64,000 bases of DNA from the NCBI GenBank assembly GCA_044892525.1, contig CM097887.1:95396397-95460396 (forward strand), in the 5' to 3' direction. The notes beneath the pieces are model-generated. The model was not told the origin of the DNA, did not search any database, and saw only the letters and a program-made list of their open reading frames with translations. The stretch comes from Schmidtea polychroa (taxonomy: Eukaryota). Position numbers and translations under genes: made by a program. Positions within the stretch are counted from its first letter, which is position 1. Every line of letters starts with the position of its first letter. Shown piece by piece: positions 56,841 through 64,000 of the stretch.

Positions 56841-57350
56841 GGTTGGGCTAAATTTCGAAGGTGATGAAAGTAGATCGAAGGTGAGAAAAAGAACCCCTCA
56901 AAATAAATGAAATAGGATAAACATAATTCTATCCAAAATCGTGGTAAAACGAAGAAAAACCTAATATATTGTATTAAAAGACATAGAAATAAATAATAAA
57001 ATAATAAAATCCCTAAAAGAAAGAATAGGATAGGAAATAAGATATCTGTTACGGATAACTAATAAAAGAACAAATAACGTAATAAAATTTAAAGAAATAA
57101 ATAAAAATTAAAGGAACAGGAGATAAAAAATAAAACAACCCCTTAGCAAAATTTATAAGGTAAAATTAAACAAAAAACTACATTAAAAAGAAACAACAAA
57201 AATTCCATAAGAAAATAAGGAAAAAATTAACTAACATTAAGAGAATAATAAAATAATAATAAAAATAAAATAGGACAAATAAAATTTATTTTAAAAACAA
57301 TAAAAAATACAAAACAACAATTAATAATAAAAATACACTCTAACTGCGTC

Positions 57351-57376
57351 CTGATTGGACGAAAACAACTATATAA
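57351..57376 (+). promoter_or_regulatory. CCAAT box (ATTGG) plus TATA box, LTR-U3-like promoter
   Basis: CTGATTGGAC (57351-57360) is followed by TATATAA (57370-57376) at the end of a long A-rich tract inside the insert. Confidence 0.45.
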
Positions 57377-59880
57377 GGAACATATAAAATAAGTCGATCA
57401 CGACTTTAACAAAAATCCTACAGTTTTAGACGACTTGAACAAAATTCATACAGACCTACCGAAGAAATACCGACAGCAACTTCAACCGGACAGCCACTAC
57501 GACTAGCAATACTAGAGATTGACCTAAGAGAATTAATTTATTTCGAAAATCATTTTCGCAAACATTCGATCTAATTTCATCACATACAAGAAATCACAGT
57601 ACGGTTCGAAATTTATTATGCTTATGTTTGATATTTATTAGTATGTTTATTTTGAAAAGTTTTTACTAAATAAGACATTTGGAACAAATAAATTTTATTA
57701 ATCGGAAAAAGCTTCTTCTTCATGGTACTGGCGACGGTGCCACCTGGGAGCTTCGGGTATGATGCTGACAAACTGAAATTATGCCGATGATGATTGAATG
57801 ACATCGAGGAATTGCAAAGATATGAAGAATGCCAAAAGTGTCGCAGGATCGGATGTATAGAACCATGATGGAAATTGACGAAATTGCGTTTGATAAGATA
57901 ATTGAAATGCGAATGATAATGATCGCATAGCACGAGAGGCATCATACTCGGAACCCAAATGACATGGTCGCCAGGTAATTTTTCATTTATTTGGTTATGA
58001 TGTTTTTTTTTATATATGTTGCTTTTTATTGAGTTGGGGTAGAATGAGTCGATTTGTCCCTCGTGACGGTGCAAGAGTGGTGGGCAGCGATGCTTGTGAC
58101 TTTGGGTGTGTTATGAGGAGTGGAGAAACTCCGAGATGAGTTGCAGGAGTGGAATATAACAGCGTTAATCCATTGAGTGCGATTGGCAGATTTTTTCTTG
58201 ATAAATTCCATTGCCAGCTTATAAATTTTCAGTAACTTCGAAGACAGTATCGAGTTAAATAAATTCCATGAAGAGTATGCTTAGCACATCGCCCAGAGAG
58301 AGCATCTAATTTCGGCATTTTTTGATAGGAAGTACAGATTCGAGTGGTTTTCATACAGGGCATAGCCATTAAAGAGTTTTCAGGAATATCATCAATTTCC
58401 AACATCTGCGCGTATCTTCCACAATTTTGTAGAGAAAAACATAATGTTTCAGAGTTTATAGTAAAAAGCATAGGATTTCGGGTATGTTAGCGTCTGAACC
58501 CATACATTTATCTTTCTGAATGTTTAAAACCTGACTTCGAAATCGATTTGTTGATTTAAGGCTATCTCTGATAAGAATTTCAATCTAAACAGGACATCAA
58601 AATTGCCGATAATCGACATAAATAGTTACCCGAAATAACGATGAAGCTGCTGCACCTCGACGTCGACGATATTCTCTTCAGGTTCACATAGTCCCAAAAA
58701 TTTCCGGCAAATTATAAATAAACAGCTGTCACTGTCTAGTAGAAATCACACACACCTGAATCACCGATTTGTCTACATCTGGGTATAGATAAGGATACTG
58801 CCACATACTAACGATGAATTCCAACCATGTAGCACTCGAACGCCAATATAAATCTCCCGGAGAAAAATGAATAAACAAAAGTCGATATCTCATTTTTGTT
58901 TAGGCGATAAGAAAATCTCTCGTTAAAACAGGTCGTATTACTAACATTCCATTTGTCGCTTTGGCTGAACAGTGAGGGATTATGCAATACAGGGAAATCA
59001 TATCAGTACACACAGATAAGAACGACGTCAAAGATTTCGCAAGCACTATAACTGGAAATATTTCTACAAATTACAATTCAAGTCGAACAAATAAGTAAAT
59101 AATCATACACTAATAAAAAATTGGCTTTAGATATTCCTTATTCCCGGTTTTATGCGAAAATTAGCTAGCGTCATATACCCTCAGGGAATGCACAGTATTG
59201 ATAACATATTTCGATAAAACAAAATAACAATAATATGTTTCTCATCATGTTCGGATAAAGACACTTTTCGTGATTTACATAATTTTACGCGCACAATTTA
59301 CGACACTTAAAGCGAAAAGTTTTGGGTCCTCAACAGTCGGATCATTGATGTATCTCCCATGAGCTTGCATAAGCTCGGCTACTGGTAAAATAGCGTTTAT
59401 AGGAATATACAAATTTTCCTAGGTATGACATTTAAAGTTCTATAGATTTAAATTTTCAAAAAATAACAATGTGGACCCTCATTTTCGATCAAAACTCTCC
59501 CGTTCCCTTCTTGATCCAGCTATCACCGAATAGGGGGAAAAGTGGTTTTCCTGGTTTTTATTTTATTAAATTAGCTACTGGGACAAGTTTTCGTCGTGAC
59601 TATGACCACAGGGTAGAAGAATGAGAAGACTAAATTTTTCCGAATGTAATAAACGGATATCTGTAATTTACCCATACCAGTTCTGATATGCGATTAAATT
59701 TTGACCGATGATTTGAGCGGATAAACGTGGTGTATGAATTGAGTTGAATGAATGTGGGTTGCTTGAGAAACGCATTGACCTGTACGAAGGCACGTGGTTC
59801 TCCCCGCCACAGATGAAAGAGGAGCGTACCAAAGTATTGCGTTTGGAGCACTGCCGTGACAGTCTCCTCGAAGAAAGTAG

Positions 59881-60414
59881 ATGCAGCGGCTAACCATCAA
59901 AGCCCAATCAGAGGCACTACATAAAGTGTATACCGACACTGAAGTCGCAAAGCGTGTTCGGGAGTACCCAATTCAGGACGGGACCAACGTCTTCCCTGTT
60001 CATCACCAGGCGTATGGGGCCGCAACATCTTCAACTAGCTGTCAGGGGCACGGGTCTCAATTGCCGCTTTTTCTTCAGCCAATTCTTTTGGGCTCTATGC
60101 CAACAATGAGTGGTCCGTCGGGCCATATACCAGCTGCAACCCTTCTTCCTCAGAATGTTTAGCTCCCTATCGAAGCTACATCGTCGATTCGGAAGCGTAA
60201 ACGGCCTACGCGATCCGAGAAAAACCAAAAGCGCCGAAACGCAATCGCTGCATTGGAAGCGTCTTTATCAGTCACCCACTCAACAATCAAAGAAATTACG
60301 GCTACTCACTCCGTGCCAACGAAGGAAATATTTCGAATAGTTCCAGCCGGCGGGGCAAAGTTTATCAAGGACTGCCGACTACCAGTAGACATCGACGAGA
60401 TGCTGGCCGAGTGA
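59881..60414 (+). pseudogene. Possible decayed ~177-codon ORF of unknown function inside the 4.1-kb insert
   Basis: The 93-aa ORF continues in frame past a single TAG (60160-60162) for 83 more codons (LPIEATSSIRKRKRPTRSEKNQKRRNAIAALEAS...VDIDEMLAE*). The region is locally GC-richer. Confidence 0.35.
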
Positions 60415-60940
60415 GAAGTCTTCCCATAGTTCGGGAATCAAAAGACCGTTATTTGATTTCCGTCGACCCATTGCGATTAACAATATACTTTATCTGTGTG
60501 CTATTTTAACTCTTTGTGTATATCTCGCTTGCCTGTACCATTTGCCTAGTTAATTATAATATAACCCCTATTTGTGTTTAGTCTATTGGTTTGAGATAGT
60601 TATGTAGTACGTATTGGTTTGGTGATTGTCTGACAGCGCAATATTCTAGTAAGGTCGTCCCATTGGACCACGGTCGTACCAAATTGTATGTATGAATGCG
60701 GTTAAGTCCTTCTAGGGCACCTTTGAACCCGAACAGCGAGTTTGCTAAGAGTAGTCCTAAGGTAGAGGCTCACCTGTTAGTAAATTCCGACCCATGTGCG
60801 CAGAACCAACGTGTCACATCGCCGCGGGCACACATGAGGGAAATCAGCTAAGGTCATCTTGGGTATTCCGGGAATCACACACTGAGCAGACAGGGACGGT
60901 TGTATTTTATGTTAATTTTCTTCCTCCCGAGTATCCAACA

Positions 60941-61987
60941 GAACAAATAAACACATGTTATCTACGACAATAATAAGATGAGCTTTGATCTTCAGACGAT
61001 ATGGAATTAGTTTAAGACAATTTTCATGCCTCTCAGAACTAAGTGTTTTTCGGACCTTACACGACTGAAGTACGTGTGACATTGTCTCATCTTCAGTGTG
61101 ACATCGACGACAGAGTCTTTTTTCATCTTTTTTGTAAAGCTTTGCATTGATTGAAAGAGTGTTTGTGCGAGCACGGTGAATGAAGTTCTAAGAAAATTCA
61201 GACAGATTACCGTGAAAAATTGCTTTATTTATTAGAGGTGAAAGTTTGATTGCTGATGCAATGATGTTGGAAGTGCTACCGTTCTCCCATTTTGTAAGGT
61301 AAGAGTCACAAAGTGCTATGTGCAAGACCTTAGACGTTGTTTGACGATGATCAGATTTCAAGATACATGTGCCACGCATTGCCGTTGTTATGTAGAGCGA
61401 TGGCTCATGGTTTGTGACAATGAATGATATGTTGATCTTGTGCGTTCTTTCGAAAAATGCAACTGCACTCCCTAACCCCTAACCTTAACCCAAATATTCT
61501 GAATAATAATATCAATTATTATTTAATGCTTGTTTAATAGTTTTTTTATCAATAGGTGAGAAAATACCATGAACCTTTATGTAAAAATCATTAACCGATT
61601 TTTATGAAAATTTCAATTTATAGCAAATAAAGTATACTGATTCGATCTGTATTAAAAATAACTGTTAAAAATTATTTTTTGAAATTATTAAAAAAAGTCG
61701 TCCATACTTGGATTTGAACCTCATACAAAACGTCAAAATCAAAAATCTAAGAGTGAACAAAACACTTGACCACGTCAGTAACTTTTATTAATAATAATAA
61801 TAAATTTGACTTGTATTTACATACGGAATATGCTCTACATTGAAAATGCCATTCGGAAAAAATACAGTAACATAAAAGTCAGAATGAGAATTTTTAAGCA
61901 CAGATGTGTTTTGAGATTATTTCGACTCAATAGTTATTGTCAATCGACCGAATAGTCCTTGGCTCTGATATTGTTTTGTCATCAGAC
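60941..61987. repeat. Terminal, most divergent satellite segment (unit position ~814 through ~111 of the next unit)
   Basis: Colinear with the unit until ...GTCATCAGAC at 61987. It carries private alleles, including an intact Trp codon at 61287-61289 and extra bases near 61830. Confidence 0.95.
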
Positions 61988-62129
61988 CCGTATTTTCTTA
62001 TATTTTAAAATTATTCGCAGCAAAATTCTTAAATTATTGCTTTTTTGTTTCAAATAAAAAATGCTGCTTCCATTAAATCATCTCTTTTTTACTTTCAAAA
62101 AACCTAAGTGGGGCCAAATACTTGGAAAT

Positions 62130-63978
62130 ACGGAATTTAGCTAGAATCAACGAGAAAATTTCAAAATTATAATGACTAATAAATTTCCATCGTCGTTCAA
62201 AGGAAACAAAGATCCATCATACGACAATTGGCAACATCAACTTACGTCAGATTCTCAACAAAGATCTATGCTTCAAGAGAAATAAAAACATTTAAAAGTA
62301 TATTTTATTAAATCTTATTAGAAGTATGTACGTAAAAACTCATCGGGAACAAAAGAGTCAAGACATCTTTTTGAAAACGTATTTCAATAACCACCTAAAA
62401 TAATTGATCTACGAGATACAAAGACAAGCTTTCATGACAGCAGAAGCACATTATTCCTTTCGATTTTACAAAAAAATCAAACACCTTTTGAGAAAAAAAG
62501 AGTTCAAGACAGGCCTTGTTACGAACAATGAAACATTGGATGGAAACGAAAGCTTTACAGTGAATAGAGAAAACAAAGAATTGGTAACCCACCTCACAAT
62601 ATTTATATCTGAAGGTGAAAAAAGATTACTTTTACTAGTACTAAAGTTCAGCATAAACAGAGAAATAGATGAAGCAGCCATCCTCAATTTCACAACAGCT
62701 CTTTGTCGCATTGCGTACCAGATCAAATGGAACAATACAATTCCCATTGAAAATAACGAAGAAAAGCTCCTAGTATACATAAACACAGATAAACTCTATC
62801 AACCAAAACCTGCTGCAAAATTATATTTAACACTTTCAAAGGTTTTCCACAAAATCAAGGAGATATTTGAGAAGGAAAAAAGAAAACCATATCTCTCAAA
62901 CCTAACGAAAGATGAACAAGCAATATTAAAATCCCGTTAAAAAGAAACCATACGTTTACCTACCAAGTCAGAAAAATATCTATAAACAAGTTAAAGGTCT
63001 GCCTATGGATAACCTCGAACAACAGACACTGAGGACCATACAACCCATCGGTTTCTATTCAAGATATGTATATGATATCTTTATCACGACCAAAAGCAGA
63101 AAAGAAGAGGTGGAAATGTTCGATACATTCAATGCGTCTCACCGATATATTAAGTTTTAAATCGAATATTCGAAAGAAGATGGATCCCTCAATTTATTGG
63201 ATTTAAGAATTAAAATAGAAACAAAAACTCCAACATATGGGTTCTACAGAAAACCAGCTCGCAAAGAAATATTTATGCACCAAAGATCAGCGCTTCTATA
63301 CTTACAGAAAGTATATGTCATAAAAAATTAGAAACAAAGGATAGCCTATCGATGCATTGAAGAAAACGAGAACTTTAAACAGCAATCGAATTTCAATAAA
63401 ATCCTACACAGAAAGAATATCAAGGTGAGGACATTGAAAGAATGAATTTTACCCAAAAAAAGATCTAGGGAATTAACACAAAAGAAGAAATGTTTCTATC
63501 TTAATATTCCATTCATCGACTTTAAGATCCTGAAAGAACTTAAACGCACCGGTCTTCCAATTCGGATAGCACATAAATCTTGGAAATTGAGAAAAGCTCT
63601 GGCAAACAACACAAATAGAGAAAACAACTGCACAATTGAAAACTGCCAGACACCGAAACATATGTGCTTTAGAAAAAACATCGTCTTTTGCATCACGTGC
63701 AATGTATGCAAGGAAATATACATTGGAAGTCTAATCAGGACCTTCGACCAAAGAGTTAAAGAACATCTAGATTCTGGTGGGAAATCCTCGATGAGCAGAC
63801 ATCTCCAATAATGTCAATCAACAAAGGAAAGAAAAAATATTTCAATCGAAATTGTACCCAATGGAAATCCAAAAAAAATGTGAGATTCAAAGAATCTATT
63901 CTCATTATAAACCGACGGCCAAAAATCAACACTAAAGAAGAAATCAATGAAATCATCAATTTGATCTGTTGTCATTGA
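62130..63978 (+). mobile_element. Decayed, internally deleted Penelope-like retroelement (RT plus GIY-YIG endonuclease)
   Basis: N-terminal ISEGEKRLLLLVLKF and SNLTKDEQAILKS; RT remnants YKQVKGLPM, RYVYDIF (YVDD mutated, 63065-63076), FNASHRYIKF, LNLLDL and FYRKP; GIY-YIG region NIVFCITCNVCKEIYIGSLIRTFDQRVKEH. Multiple stops and frameshifts. Confidence 0.9.
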
Positions 63979-64000
63979 CCTTGAGAATAACTGATAATAT

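Larger units (their letters stand above)
56841..60940 (+). mobile_element. 4100-bp insertion with LTR-like ends and a 4-bp TSD; probable giant solo LTR of a Ty3/Gypsy-type element
   Basis: The satellite reads GGTTTGGAAC|insert|GAACAAATAAAC, so GAAC is duplicated (56837-56840 and 60941-60944). The ends are GGTTGG (one change from TGTTGG) and CCAACA. No long TIR, internal direct repeat or gag/pol motif was seen. Confidence 0.7.

Noticed and set aside
57719-57745. CA-TGGTACTGGCGACGGTG as an LTR end plus primer-binding site
   Set aside because: The sequence before it does not match the insert's right end (GTATCCAACA), so a two-LTR structure is not supported.
57622-58471. Short ORFs in the middle of the insert (57622, 58026, 58229) and a stop-riddled plus frame near 57730-57910
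   Set aside because: No recognisable gag, pol or other motifs; cannot be supported as genes.
56841-60940. Ginger-type or other DNA transposon (TGT..ACA ends, 4-bp TSD)
   Set aside because: The inverted match is only 5-6 bp and no transposase or integrase remnant is visible.

Overview
AT-rich eukaryotic DNA made almost entirely of transposon-derived sequence. TTAGGG-type motifs and the mix of element classes suggest an invertebrate such as a planarian; this is inference. (1) Positions 1-49496 are the right-hand part of a highly homogeneous tandem array of a 1732-1733 bp unit (28 complete units plus a partial 29th) that continues past the left edge. Each unit is composite: the 3' ~1 kb of a dead restriction-like-endonuclease (RLE; R2/NeSL/R5/Utopia-type) non-LTR retrotransposon on the minus strand, whose truncated 5' end abuts a telomere-like GGGTTAAGGTTAGGGGTTAGGG motif, plus an AT-rich spacer with a degenerate tRNA-like A-box/B-box/oligo-T cassette. 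Shared variants divide the array into sub-domains and show multi-unit duplications. (2) Positions 49497-55516 are a truncated Polinton/Maverick. It begins with AGTAGT and, unusually, has an inverted copy of its own terminus 241 bp in. It carries a disrupted protein-primed PolB (zinc fingers, endonuclease-VII-like insert with an expanded ESLNP repeat) and two small convergent ORFs; its right part is deleted. (3) Positions 55517-61987 hold about 1.4 more divergent satellite units, interrupted by a 4100 bp insert with (T/G)GTTGG...CCAACA ends and a 4 bp GAAC target duplication, probably a very large solo LTR. (4) Positions ~62130-63978 are a decayed, internally deleted Penelope-like element. No host gene, rRNA, intact tRNA or CRISPR array was found.
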